Shown here: piece after piece, positions 15,780 to 30,413 of the stretch
Position numbering within the stretch: the stretch's first letter is position 1
Layout: each line of letters opens with the position of its first letter
Assembly: GCF_964204645.1 (NCBI RefSeq)
Contig: NC_134028.1
Location: forward strand, 20,456,345 to 20,520,344
DNA: 64,000 bases
Direction: 5' to 3'
Source: Tubulanus polymorphus
Lineage: Eukaryota > Animalia > Nemertea
The notes under the pieces: model-generated
What the model was told of the DNA's origin: nothing
The model's input: the letters and a program-made list of their open reading frames with translations, nothing else
Databases searched by the model: none
Program-made: the position numbers and the translations under genes

Positions 15780-16211
15780 TGAATGGAACCCGGGGATAAG
15801 TCTACAGAATTTATTCCAACCTGGGCAGATATAGCTGTTTGATATTTACTTACTTAAATTTCATTCTCTAAATTTCGATGGATCATCCAGCCGATGATTA
15901 CATAATCAGTTGGACCAGGACGGCATTAAGAATCTTCAACTTATGACAACACAATTTTCAATTCAATTCAATTCAAAATTTATTCAGTAAATAATCATAT
16001 ACATGGTTGCGGCTGAATAGAACATAAAATTATAACAAATTCCCTGCGAACAATAAAGTGAAAAATGGCGTTCGTGTTGCCGGACAGCCAGACAGCGTTG
16101 TGATCGATAGCTGGAAGACACGCGCGCACACCGGTCACTGTTGCAGGTATAAGCTTTCTCATTGAACATGTCAAGTTGGCACTTGTGTCTCCCCCTGGCG
16201 TTTCCGCACTG

Positions 16212-16838
16212 CACTAGTAGATCCGTTGACTTAAGATCGTCCAAGATCTTGCTGTTGACGATACTTTCGCAATCTAATTTGCTCAGTGGTTCCGATATGG
16301 CCTTGCCATAAAACTCGACAGCACGAGATGATACCTGCAAATAAAAACAAACGCAATCGAAAATGCTTTTTCTTGGTAAACCCTTAAGATACAACAGTGA
16401 AAATCATGATCATAAGAATACAAAGAGGTTATAAATAATTGGTAATATTTCCTGTCTTGAATACAATTGCGTAAAAACCCACAATATAGATCTTAAACAA
16501 CAGTTATTATTTCATTCTAACGTTTCGGGTGGAATACCTCAACCAATCCTCAGAGATTTGTTTCAAATACTGAGAGGTATTTCCGTTAATTCGTCTTTCC
16601 ATGAAGAATATCAACTGCACGTTGAACCAAGAAGGTTGGTAGACTTTAGGTTCATGAGTGTAGCTGCGATGGATTAACTCTACATATTACATTCGATTGG
16701 TGAAACGCTTTGACGATACAGCGTTTTCTCTTTATAGGCAGATATTTCACCTTGCTACATGTACTTCCATCAGCAATGGCATCGGTTGATACCCAGAAAA
16801 CCGCCAGAAAAACCACCAAAAAAACTGATCAATTTCAT
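16212..16838 (-). pseudogene. family X copy C, pseudogene
   Basis: An extra T in the signal-peptide T-run causes a frameshift. The last exon (VSSRAVEFYGKAISEPLSKLDCESIVNSKILDDLKSTDLL) is cut by a deletion of about 560 bp relative to 43882-44441 and fused to the GPCR remnant. Confidence 0.8.
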
Positions 16839-19800
16839 GTTGTCCCTGAAAAACTGCAATCAGATCATAGAAATAGAGACTGGTTCCCGGCTGTGTCAGA
16901 AATACAGATATTACAAATGATCTTACCTGTATAATGTGTGTTGAGATTTAATGTGGCGTTGAAGCGACTGACGAATGTCTCATTTTGTCGATTGAATTCT
17001 GCCAGTTTTATACATATTTTGAGATGAATAATATTTGATCAGAAGTTGCTGAACGGTTTCACATTAAACATCCCACTCAGTAGATTTAATACCAACTATT
17101 TACAGGATAGATTTGATTATTTTTGCTTTGTTTAATCTGTCTGCATCTGTTTTTCTACTGTATATTGCTGGAAATTAATTTGAAGGACGATGGAGGTTTT
17201 ACATTTTTCATCCACACATGAATAAAATCTTGTAAAGGCTACATTATGAACTGTATATTCAAATATTAATTAATTGGCACCCGGTTCCACAGTTCCATAT
17301 TTCCACAGCAGAGTCAAATTATTGAAAATGAACTTGAAATGAATTTCAACTCTTGACTCAAATAAAACCAAACTTTAGGACTTTGTCCAGGACTGTGGAA
17401 CTGGATACTAAGTAAGCAAGTCCTGAAGTGTGAAAAAGTGTAGCAAAAAGTAGGTCCAAAATACGGTGGATCTGGATCAACAACTGTAGAAGTAGGTCAT
17501 GAAGTGTGAAATTTGGCCCACAACTGTAAAAGTAGGTACAGAACAATGGAACTGCGTCTAAAACTGTAGAAAGTAGTCCACAATTGTGGAACTTGCTCTA
17601 CAACTGTAGAAACATGTCCAAAACTGTGGAACTGGATCCAAAACCGTAGAATGCGCCCAGTACGGAACTGGGTCGACAAGTAAGGAAGGTGCATTCCAGT
17701 GGAACTCGATCCAAAAATTAGGTCTACAACAATACAGTGGAACCGGGACAACTGTATTAAGAAAGTTTTCAGAACTTGGTCCAAAACTGTGGAAATTGAT
17801 CCAAAACTGTGGAAATGGATCTAGTTTTATGGAACTTGGCCCAGGAGTGTCGAACTGAAAACTGTGAAAGAGTGCGGGATTGGTTCGAAGGAAAAGTTCG
17901 AAGTTTTGACATAAGAATCTATTCTATATCGTGTGTTTTCTGTATTTGCAGTTGAAATTGACGAGAACTTGTTCAATTCAATTTGGGGAAAATCGGCGAA
18001 AAAATCTAATTACGCCAAACGTTTTAACAATTATAGTAAATATCAATAAAATCATTGATTGTATTGATCACGAGTTAGGTTCTATTCAAACCGACTATTG
18101 ATTATTCGTAGATGATAGCTTTGATCAGATACCCTCTTTAGGAAACATCCAAGATATATGTAGAAGTTTCTGCCACATTTTGAATTTGCCAAAAAGAATC
18201 TGCATGATAAAAATTATTAACTTGAGAAATTCTAATGAGTTTGAAACTTTAGGGCAGTCTAGGGGTACCGTCTGACTACGCCTCGGACGGTGTTGAGACA
18301 AAATAATGTTTGACGCTGAAATTTGAATTTTCACAGTTCACAAAATAAAGAATAATAAAAATGAAAAAAATAATAATAACTTGTCCCTAGCCCGAACAGA
18401 CAGAGTATCATCAAACACACGACCATTCAGACAAATTGTATTGCAAGGCCGCACTTATTACACATTGTTTTCGATTATACTATGACCCCGAGAGCTGGTG
18501 TAGAATTCGACCTTGTTCCTGATTGCGCTCGATCAGTAAAAATAGTCTATATTTTCTGAATCACAAAATTTGTTTTTAAAAATGCGGAAAGGTGATTTTA
18601 TAATGCAATTTTTCAAGGTGAAATGAAGTTGATTTTAAAGATTGCGGTTTATGTCGGGTTTGGTTGTGGTTTTTTTTTTTAATTTTCGTCCGATCGAAAT
18701 GTTTTGCCACGTAGAAACTAAATAATTTTTTCGTGGAAACGAAAATGTGTGACATGGTGGAAAATATTGTAAAAAACTAAACACTGTGTTTCTAACTAAA
18801 CACTGTGGGTTAGGATCAGAAAAAGAGGTTTGGGGTGTCTTGCCCATTACTCGCACTCCTAATTAAGGCACAGACACTCCACGTTGCACGGATAGCGGGA
18901 AGCTCGTGACTATAGTTATAATCATGTGTGTGATTAGCGAATTAGTAGAACTTATTCAAATCCTAACATAACGCTCAAAGCAATATTAGCCCCAACTCAA
19001 GTGTTCTTACCCCCAAGCCTTCTAAAAAGCCCTCGAAAAATTACCCTTCAGACAATAACCCTTCGCAAATGATCCCCAAAAATAACACCTCACCTTCGAA
19101 TTGCCCCAGAATAACAACCCCCAGGCAACTCATGGAGATTGCCAACCCCCTTACTCCAGTAGGCGGGGGGATTTTTATTCTTACAATGAGGAATGCTACA
19201 ATTTTTGACTCGAATGATACATGTATGAACGTTAAGGGCTATGGTCATGTGATTTTCGAGGGGGATTACTGGTTGGGGTGTTAAACTTAATACTATTCGT
19301 AATCGACCCACTAGTAGTTGATGCTGGGTTCAGGTAACATTCTGTTATAATCAACTTATATGACGAAATGAGAATCATACAATTATTCGGCTACTTTCTA
19401 TACATAAAGGGTTAGTAACATATGTTAGGAGGATTAATGGATATTAGGTAGTCACGGAATTGGTCTTTTACTAACAAATGGCACTGATCTCTTTTAAAAT
19501 CTGTTTGACCCCCCTCCATGGAGTCAGGGGTCAGGCGGAATGCCTCCTATTAAGAAATATTTCGTTAGAACGAAAAAAATGTCGTCCCCACGAAAACATT
19601 TTGTTCGAATGAAAAGAATGAAAAGATTAACGATATGATCTTGCAATACAACGTGTCGTTTAGTCTGAATGGCCGTTTGTTTGTTCATGGGATATACACT
19701 GCGTTAGCGTTAGGGACAAGTGAACTGTGTGAACTCAAATATCAGCGTTATTAAAATATAATTTTGTCTCAACACCAGTTGTCTCAACAATTGGCGTAAT

Positions 19801-21100
19801 TAGTTTTTTCACCAAATTGAGCAAGTTCTCGTCGATTTAACTGCGAATACAGAAAATGCACAATATCGAATAGCTTTTTGATTCAAAACTTCGAGCTTTT
19901 TCAGGTTGAGACCCAATTCTGCAGTCACATAGTTCCACATTCCTTGACCAAGTTCCATAAAACTAGATCCAGTTCCACAGTATACCACTCCACAGTTCTG
20001 GGTCCATTTCCACAGTTGTTGACCAAGTTGCAATTGTGGAACTTGCAATATTGTAGACCAAGTTACCCTGTTCTGAGACCTACGTCCATAGTTGTGGTCC
20101 CAGTTCCACAGCTGTGGACGTACCTTTACAGTTGTGAACCCAGTTCCACAGTTCTGGGCCTACCTCACTTGTGGACCCAGTCCCAGTTCTGGACCTACTC
20201 CTACAGTTGTAGATCCAGTTCCACAGTTTTGGACCTGCTTATACAGTTGTAGAACCAGTTCCACAATGTGGACCTACTTCTATAGTTGTAGACCTAATTC
20301 CTCAATTCGGGTCCTACATCTACAGTTATGGACACAGTTCCAAACTTTTGACCTACTTCTACAGTGTGGACCTTGTTACACAGTCCTGGTCCTACTTCTT
20401 GAATTGTGGACACAGTTCCAAACTTCTGGACCTATACTTATTCAGAAAGTTGTGAATCAATATCCACAGTGTGCTGGGCATACTTCGGCAGCCTCGGACC
20501 CAGTTCAACACTTCTGGACTTGCTTATCTAGGGTCTAATTCCACAGTCCTGGACAAAGTTCGGTTGAATTTGATTCAAGGGTTAAAATGGATTCATTTTC
20601 GTCAAGTCGACTCTTCAGAAGAATTGTGGAACCGGGCGAAGTTTGGTTAATATTTGAATCTACAGTTCATATTAAGTCTTTTACAGGATTTTATTTCATT
20701 GTGTGGATGAAAAATGTACAACCTCCGTCGTACTTCAAATTTCCAGCAACGACTGTAAACAAATCACACAGATTAAACATGGCAAAAATAATCGAATCGA
20801 TCCTGTAAATAGTTGGAATCAAATCTATAGTACAGTGAAGTGCTAATTCCGAGGCCGTTCAGCAACTTCTGTTTAAATATTATTCAGCCCAATGTATGTA
20901 CAAAACTCGCAAGATTTAATCGACAAAATGAAACATTCGTCGGTCGCTTCAACAGCACGTTAAATCTCAACACACATCATACAGGTAAGATCATTTACGC
21001 AAAATATCCATGTTCTGGCAAAGTCGGGAACCAGTCTCTTGTTCTGGCTTAGCCGGGAACCAGTCTCTATTTCAATGATTTGATTGCAGTTTTTGGAAAC

Positions 21101-21833
21101 ATGAAATTGATAAGTTTTTTGGTGATTTTTGTGGCGGTTTTCTGGGTTTCAACCGATGCCATATATGAAAGTACACGTAGTAAGGTAAATATATGTCCAT
21201 GGTGAGGAAACGCCGTTTGTTAATCGTCGAAGCATTTCGTCAATAATGATCCAATAATCGTAGCTTAACTTATGAACCTAAAGTCTACAAACCTCATTGG
21301 TCCTATGTGCAGTTGATATTCCTCATGGAAAGACGAATTAACAGAAATAACTCTCGGTATCTGAAACAAATCTCTGAATATGGGTTGAAGTATCCCACCC
21401 CAAACGTTAGAATGAAATAGTAGCTGTTGTTTTGGATCTATATTGTGGGTTTTTACGCAATTCAAGACTGGAAAAAGTCGCAATTATTTATAACCTCTTA
21501 GTATTCTTATAATAGCGATTATCAGTGTTGTATTTGAAAGGTTCACCAAAGAAAAAGCATTTTCAATTGTGTTTGTTTGATTGGCAGGCATCATCTCGTC
21601 CTTTCGAGTGTTACGGCAAGGCCATATCGGGACCACCGAGCAAATTGAATTGCAACTCTATCGTCAAACGCGATATCAAGCACCTACCAGGTCGACAAGG
21701 TGACTCTTCGCCGAGGGTCTTCAATTCTAGAAAGGGCAGCTCGCTGACTAATGATTTCGCAAGAAACAATGTGAAAGATCTAAGAAAAAATTTTAGATCT
21801 TCGAGAACAGGCTTGAAACAAATGAGAAACTAG
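21101..21833 (+). CDS. family X divergent copy D (109 aa); coding exons 21101-21184 and 21588-21833
   Basis: MKLISFLVIFVAVFWVSTDA-IYESTRSK|ASSRPFECYGKAISGPPSKLNCNSIVKRDIKHLPGRQGDSSPRVFNSRKGSSLTNDFARNNVKDLRKNFRSSRTGLKQMRN*. Frame open, splice sites intact. Confidence 0.7.
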
Positions 21834-22825
21834 AAAACTAGAAAATGCCACGGAAATGATGGATAATTCGAGCAACATTCTATCATACTAGAAGATCTAT
21901 GTTCTAATTCTAATTCAGTTCAAGGTTTCGGGTTTCCTTGTTCTATACGATTCAAATTTGTGTCAATTATTTGTTTATAAATGCAAATAGATAATTCTAG
22001 TCGGCATAAAATGAATGTAGTGATGTATTGATTTCATTGACGGTTCGCAGTTTGCAGTGCCCCCGGAAACCGGTGGGCAGATGAAACGAGTTCCCAGTTG
22101 TTCCAGACGGTGTCCAATGCACGGGAAAGGTTTTTTCAAGGGAAGCATTACGGGTAAGGGAGTTAGTGGGTCGATATCCTATACCAAAATTGACTAGACC
22201 AACCAATAAAAGTAAATGGGAGATTTTGAATGAAGCCTGAGGATAATTCCACCAAATCTATATCAATAATTAGCTGGCCAGACAAGGAAGTGAATTTCCG
22301 TCACGAAGTATAGCTGTTTAATATTAACTTAGTTTAATTTCAACTCTCTAAATTGCGAGGGATCCTGCCAATGATTACATACGTAAGTATTTGGACCAGG
22401 ACGGCATTGAGAATCTTCAACTTTTGATAACACATGAGGACAGTTGATGGCTTAGTTCGGCATACTAAGATATTAAACCAGATCACCAAAGTGATACTGA
22501 TGGGACTAGTTTCATTGTACCTATCGTTTCGACTCTTAATCATCAGGCCTTTTCTGAATGTAATGAACTTTCTCCAAATATCCCTATCAGAGAAGGAAAA
22601 AGTTATCATCGGGAAAACTAGGCGTTCGCGCGATCACTATCGTTATTTGGGAGATGAAGGCATAGGTTGTACATTAATTTAGTTATTCATCGTGTCAGTT
22701 CATACTAAGAAGAAAGATACTCACAGGATAAAGAAATTGAAAGAAAAAACAAAAATGTTACATGATTACAAATGGACCAATACTATAATCACACAATCGA
22801 TACAAAAAACATAATGGGTTTGTTG

Positions 22826-24791
22826 TTACAAATGAATGAGTTCCTTTTCTGAGTTGTAAGCAGCGCTGTTTGGACGACCGGTTTTAGGGATTAGATTCAT
22901 CCAATAATCTCTACCGTGTCTGCAATAAATATAAGAGCATGATATATAAAGAGACGCTTCCGCGCAATGTGGATACTGGTATAAAAACGTCAGGATTATC
23001 CGGCTATCAGTTTACTTTTGACGATCATGTTCATATACACTCTGTCCATATCCAGCCGCGAATGGTAAATTATGATCTTTTCCGGGTGGTCTGAATCCTC
23101 GTTCCTCGGACAACTGTAATTATAATGGGAATTATCATGCGAATGGATTTCCCAATGTGATTTGGATATCGAAATGCAATGCAACATTTCGTGTACAAAC
23201 CTCTTCGGCCATTTCACGAATATGATAACTCTCGAATCCGCAACATCCTCCGATGTACCTCACTCCAAGTTCATAAACTTTACGGGCATAGTCTCTACAT
23301 TCCCAACGAGTAAGAATGCGTGGTTCCATCGCTGAAAATGAAAAGCATCTAAATATTACTTATTTCAATATCGAGACGATCCTATTGTTATTTCAGCTCA
23401 CCTAACAAGTACTCGGGTAGTTGAGAATATCCTTCAACTAGATACTCAGTTTCAGGAGAAAGGAATCCGATTGGCTGCATCATCAGAAATGGAGATAAAC
23501 CAGCTTCATTCAGGGCATCTTTCATCAATTTCATCGTTTTCAGTTGCGCGTTATAATCAAACTGGCAATTTAAACCCACAATATCGGCCCCTGGGTGATT
23601 GAAAACAAACACCTACGATTATGATTTAATAAACTTTGCACGACATTGAAACATGTTTGAAAAATAACACATATCAGGAGGGATGTAACCATTGAGTGAA
23701 GGAATGATATTACACCTCGTTTAGCCATTCTAACTGCACACTCTCCTGCACTGATTCCATCCATACACCCAACTGGACCTATTCTCATCGTACACGCTAT
23801 AGGTTTGTTGTATTTCTTCATGACATCAATCGCCCATTCCATCTCTTCGATTGAACAGAAAAACTGGATTCGAAAAGTATATGTATACATTCTACAGTGT
23901 TATACAAAAGTTCGATTTGTTGATAGGGAAATTCCAATGTAAAATAGCAATGAATACCATCTTTGTCTTGAATAGTAGAATTTTACCTCCGCTATAAAGA
24001 AATCGACATCCTTTTCTTTGAACACTTGGCATTGCTTTTCGAATTCTGCTTGAACTGCTGCCTTCCCTTTTCCAGCTGTATATGTCGGTGTAGGCGACAA
24101 ACCTCCGCAAACTAGTAGATTGTATAATGTGGCAACATTACGTGCAAGATCGCACGCCGCGTGGTTTATTTCAGAGGTCTAAGATAAATACATTATAGAT
24201 ATGTACATCATTACCAAAGAACTAACCATTCAGTACAATTTGTGTCACTGAATAGTTGAATAAGAGTGAGATAGATAAAGACCACAACCTACGTTATAAT
24301 TTTTGGCCGACTCACTACATTGAAGCATTCCATCCGTCGCGTGAAAGGTGAATGCTTGCATTACATAAGCTCCAGCTCGAGCAAATTCTTTGTGTAAACC
24401 ACTGACTGAAAAATGGCAAATTAATGATTTTTCTTTTATCGGCTAATCCCCGTTTTGACTTGAATATAACCCAACGGTTATTTTAAAGGACTTTTTTTCT
24501 GGCAGATGCCTCGTAGTTCGTCATTGTTTAGATTCAAAATGATGCCCACGAAACTATAGATTTTGTTGCAGGCAGGAAGGTGTGCTAAAATTGATCGGGT
24601 AAAGTTGGGCTGTGAATAGAATAAGTCACAAACATGTAAAACCTACCGGCGTCAGGATGTTCTAGAACGCATTCAGGAGTATACAGCCCAGCAGTCACAT
24701 ATCCTCTTTTTTCGAATGTATTCATGTAACAACCGTCGCCAATGATTATGCGTTTTGCAAATATCTCCAGTATATTCGGTTTAGCTGCCAT
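22826..24791 (-). CDS. BHMT: betaine/S-methylmethionine-homocysteine S-methyltransferase family protein (369 aa). Exons 24791-24647, 24405-24293, 24178-23987, 23863-23716, 23590-23402, 23331-23201, 23113-23016, 22919-22826
   Basis: Eight GT-AG exons total 1110 nt in frame. Motifs [44 protein letters not shown] (the Zn-binding cysteines) and DYW..L.P.TGRP. Confidence 0.93.
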
Positions 24792-25912
24792 ATCTAGTTT
24801 TTTGCAAATAAGGCCACCTTGAATCGTTTAACGTTTGACAAAGATTTCCAAACTGGTCTATGAATTTTACAGAAAACACATTCTACTATTAGGTCAACCA
24901 TCGTTGTCCCATTTGATGGTTATAGAAATTGATTGCCTTGATATACATGTCACGCGTATATTCTGTTGTTGTTGTATGAGGTTCCGTCTAGGCACCTTGA
25001 ATGAGAGTTTTGATGTATATCAACAAATCATTAACTGGACCGTTGCCATTGGGAAATAGATTTCCCCCAAAAGTTGCACCTGTTCACGGTGACGAATATC
25101 CGCGATATCATAAGCTGAGATCCTGCCCTTTCTGATGATATCGACGAACACTATCAAGTCCATTCAATTTGCCTGATCATGTACAGAAGTTTATCAAGGT
25201 TTTTATTGGTTCATACGAAATTCCTGGATGCTGCGGGGACCTGCTGTTTGAGGGATGATTTCTCAAGGATTCTAGATTTTGGCAATTTGGTCGGAAGCCT
25301 TCATGAGTTGATAATTATATAATGTGTTTTTGTACGATATAAATTAGTTGCATCATATCTATAGAACTAATTACTGGATGTAATTAATCTATACCGCTGT
25401 TAATTCGTCGCTGATTTCAATATGTCAATTAGATCTTAATCGATTTACTCAATTACAATAATTAGAACAGCATTGAATTAGTTTACCTTCACAGAAGTCG
25501 AAAACGTGTAATTAAGTAATTAATGTCAGTCACCAGTGTTTTATTAATGAGATGTGCTCCTCTCTCACGTGTCGGGTTTGAGTGACAGATGATCCCGGTA
25601 TAAAACAATCTGATGCGACATCAACAAATCAGTTCAGCCAATGACTAGTCATCATCATCACTTTCATTGGATTAGCGGATAATCAGTAAGCGCGGGATTA
25701 ACGAATTAACATTCAATCGATGATTTACGGATTACCACTCGTAGGATTTAAAGATTACAATGGATTATTACGCCTTTAAAACGATTGTGTTGATTTCAGT
25801 AATCTATTTAGTAACGGGTTAGTCTTCATATCTTATCGATAATGACAATAAAGTTATTAAATTATCCGATGATAAATGATAATATTGAAATGTTGTTTTT
25901 CATCAATTAAAG

Positions 25913-26675
<763 letters not shown>

Positions 26676-26803
26676 CAACATATCCGCAATATCAGCATCG
26701 TGTCTTGAGTAGGGTGGTGATACTCGAACATCCCCGGGCGCGGTCGCAAAAAGGGAATTGTAGAAATTTTAACTAGTTTTTTCTTTTGAAAGGCAAATCA
26801 AAA

Positions 26804-26960
26804 TATAAGTGGAACACAGCGAACTTCACGGGACCAGAAAATATGTTCGTTATAACCGATAGTTATAACTAGTATGAAATCGATAACATTTTCTTACTTG
26901 GAACGGAATTCTTCATATTTTTGTTGTCAACCGAGTTCGAAATAACGAGGTTCCACTGTA
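26804..26960. mobile_element. Tc1/mariner (pogo/Tigger-like) MITE remnant
   Basis: The right end ATAACGAGGTTCCACTG-TA is a Tigger-type TIR followed by TA; the left end TA-TAAGTGGAAC is degenerate. It lies in a segment of about 265 bp absent from the paralogous site near 4265. Confidence 0.55.
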
Positions 26961-28356
26961 TTTCTGAATGCATTTTACCAGCCTTTGCCCCTAAAAACTT
27001 TAGAAATCAAATCATGAAAATAATGTTCAAGTTCGATCTCCTGCTGTGTATGCCTGTTTAACCAAACAATTCTCATCGATGAGCAGGGGTTTTATTACAG
27101 GGATGCATATTTGATATTGTATATTTCATTTTGTCAGGGGTCGCCGGTCGTCACAGGGCGCCCACAACTTGCGAGGGTCGTGTATAGCTATTATTGTACA
27201 TGCCGGGGCCACCAGTTGTCCTCGCGGGATATATTCTGCCGAATATTGAATCAGCCGTAAACATTCAAAAACAAAACTTGATTCTGATTGGGGGGTTTAT
27301 AAACCTGCTGATATCAAGACAATCCGTCTGAAGCCATCTTAAAAACTTCCAAAAATATCTGGACTCACGTGAAAAGGAGGTAGCCACTATAAACAGATTT
27401 AGAACGAAACAAAATGTGAGAGATAGAATTGAGCTAATTTAAGCCCCATCAATTTATCTATAGACTATTCTGAAAAAAATGGGATACAACGAATATCAAT
27501 TAGCTTCTAACACCTGCAAAATCAATTCGTTTACTTCACAAAACTACAATAAACGAAACACTCTCGAGTCATTAAATTAGATTTGATATTCAAAAGCAGC
27601 TAGGATGACTTGTATTCTGAGAGACAATACTTTGATGAATATCAACAGTTCGATTGACACATGTTTATGGGATTCTAAGTCTATAACAAACGACTGCTTT
27701 GAGTTCGGGATTAAGTTATTTCTATGCGGTATTTTGTCTCCGAAAGCTCCTCTATCAAAAAGGAATTAAGTCTGGTTATATAAACAGAGATTAAAATCGA
27801 AACATTCAACTCTCATCGCGAAAGCTTTTCGACTTTTCACAGAGTGAAAGATTCCGTAAGTAGATATATGTTCTTTGTTTTTAGTTTTACTGTATTTTTG
27901 TTGAAAGTGTAGCATTCAATCCTTAGTCAAATTATAGAAAATAGAAAGATTGGCCAGTTTGTTTGACTACATCTACCTATCATAGAATCGAAAGTGTAGT
28001 TGTTAACATATTTAACACCATTCTGAAGAATGGCCAATTCTATTCTACAAGAGGGAATACATTACATGTTATTGGTAACTAATGACTTGGTCAATGTTGA
28101 CCTCATCATTCAGTGAGCTAATATCAGTGCAAATGAGTCAACCCCTGATCAACTCCGCGCCCATATCGGTCATTTCGATTTTTGGCGAGTATAGCGTAAT
28201 TTCAGAGGTTGATTTTGACCAGTTTCGAGACAAATTATCTGTTCCGTTCTCGGCAGTAAACCCGGCTTCAGACGGGATTGGCGGTATATCGGGGGTTTAC
28301 TGTATTTTTTAAATGATAATAATCTGTAATTCATTGATTACAGACGAATCGGTAAA

Positions 28357-28596
28357 ATGAAATTGTCGGCAGTTTTTGTGTTTTGTTTTTTACTGGTGGT
28401 CGCCGTTACTGGTGATCAAATAGAACGAGCTCTCCGAGACGCTGAGACTGCTGGACACGATCCGCTGGAGTTGATGGAGGCCAGACGAACCGTTCAACTG
28501 ATGAAACGAGGATGGTTCAAGAAACTCTGGAAAGGAATCAAGAAACACTGTTCTATTGGTTACAACCGAGGCTTCACAGCTCAATGCAGTGGTTAG
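28357..28596 (+). CDS. secreted prepro-peptide (79 aa), putative antimicrobial/cytolytic peptide precursor
   Basis: Signal MKLSAVFVFCFLLVVAVTG, acidic pro-region, KR convertase site, mature GWFKKLWKGIKKHCSIGYNRGFTAQCSG with 2 Cys and a terminal Gly. Upstream TATA box and UTR intron; AATAAA at 28631. Confidence 0.9.
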   Translation: MKLSAVFVFCFLLVVAVTGDQIERALRDAETAGHDPLELMEARRTVQLMKRGWFKKLWKGIKKHCSIGYNRGFTAQCSG

Positions 28597-30413
28597 AATA
28601 ATGAAATATGCTAAAACAGTTAAAAACATGAATAAATAAATGTTAATCGAGCAGCAATTGAATACACCTTGAGTTTATTCAATCCTATGTTCAGATGATC
28701 AACAATCATAACAATTCAGTCAATATTCAACGCCCCCTGGTGACCATATACAAAAACCAATTACCTTGAAACTCACAATCATGGAACATGTCAGCAGCTA
28801 CGATTTTGTAATCGATAATGTGATAAAAAATATGCCTAAGTACCAATATAATATGGAAATGCTAAGCATTCTACTATTCAACGCCCCCTGGTGATCATAT
28901 GCAAAACCCAATGACATCGAAACTCAACACAATTATAGAACATGTCATATCTACAACGGGCGCAAAACGAACATCATAGAGCAAAAACGAAAATTTTCCT
29001 CAAAAACTTCAAAAATGTGTGAAAAGTGCTGATTTTGGCGTACAACAATGGCTGTGCCAGTAGGCCATCTTGATTCTACCAAGGCCGGTTTTTGGGCTGA
29101 AGATGTGTCTTGGGTAGATAGTATAGTATAGTAGTTTATTTGTCACCATCAATATGTACAAATGAAAAATAACAAAATAGGTTATTTAAAGACAATGAGG
29201 TGGCCGGAGTCTGAATAGATACATATATAACCCAAATATCGAGACATTACATTGAAGCGTCTTTTCCAAAAATTTCCAAAAATAAATGGATTCCGTCTAC
29301 CAGTAGATACGTGAAAGGTCGAGACGGGAATGGTGTCCAAGGAGCTGCCCTAGAAAGTAGGGACAGATGTAATGGGTCGAGACGGGAACATGGTGTCCAA
29401 GGGGATGTCTAGAGAAGAGAACCTGACTAGAACAGCGCGTAGTCCTACGAGAAAGACAACGTGTCATAAGTTTATCAATTATATTCATTTTTCAGAAAAA
29501 TTCATACACTCTTGACTTAGAAGAATTACATTTGAATTGATAAATGGCAAAATAAAACATAAGCAAAAAGCCCCCGAACGTGAATTTTGAGAGATTTGAA
29601 TCGTGAAACTCGATTTGTAGAAACCAAATGTTAAACTCGTGTCATTCATCGAATATTTAATTACAATAGGAAAGTTTCCAGTTACCAGGTGCCATTTTCA
29701 GCGTGTCTCACATTGTCGCGCAGATTTTAACATGTTCAAAACTAAAACCTTTAGTGCGATTAATTGTCGTCCATCCCTTCTTAGGCACAAAATCTAAACT
29801 TTTGAATCGTAAGAAAGTTGACAATGTTTTTTTCTTATTATTTATTTCATTTTTCTCGGCTGCAACAATCCGATACAAAAAAAGATGCGCGTCACTTTTA
29901 GGAAGGCGCCTCAAAAAAATTGGTAATTCTGTGTTATTGGCTGTAACTTTTAAACTTTCTGAGATACAATTTAGAATTTTTCACTTAAGATAGAGTTTCA
30001 TCTGAGGATTTTGTTTATACTGCAATCGTAAAACTATCTTCATAGAAACGCGCGTGGCCACGGGTTGATCAGTGCAAAGCGTGCAAGTGGTCGACCGTCG
30101 ATTTTCTGCATACGCGGGTTAAGCTATTTTCACGGCAATTTTCAAACTGTTAAAGATTTTCAAGATCAAAATTCCATGTTGAATTCATCAGCTCATATAT
30201 AAATGGTATATAGTTAATTTGTATTTGCGACACACCTCTACTAGGTCAAGGTCGGTGGAGACTAATGATGGCGGCTTGTCAAAAAACTGAAAATTTTCAA
30301 GACGATTTTACAGCTTGATGAGAATCAGTTGATACGACTGGTATTCACAGTTTGACTGAGGCCCAGTTGTCCCCGGCCCCTATTATGAATAAACAAAAAA
30401 TAAACAATTTCAG

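Noticed and set aside
19878-20538. ORFs rich in VVDPVPQFW / LWTQFH
   Set aside because: Translations of the 20/40-bp minisatellite
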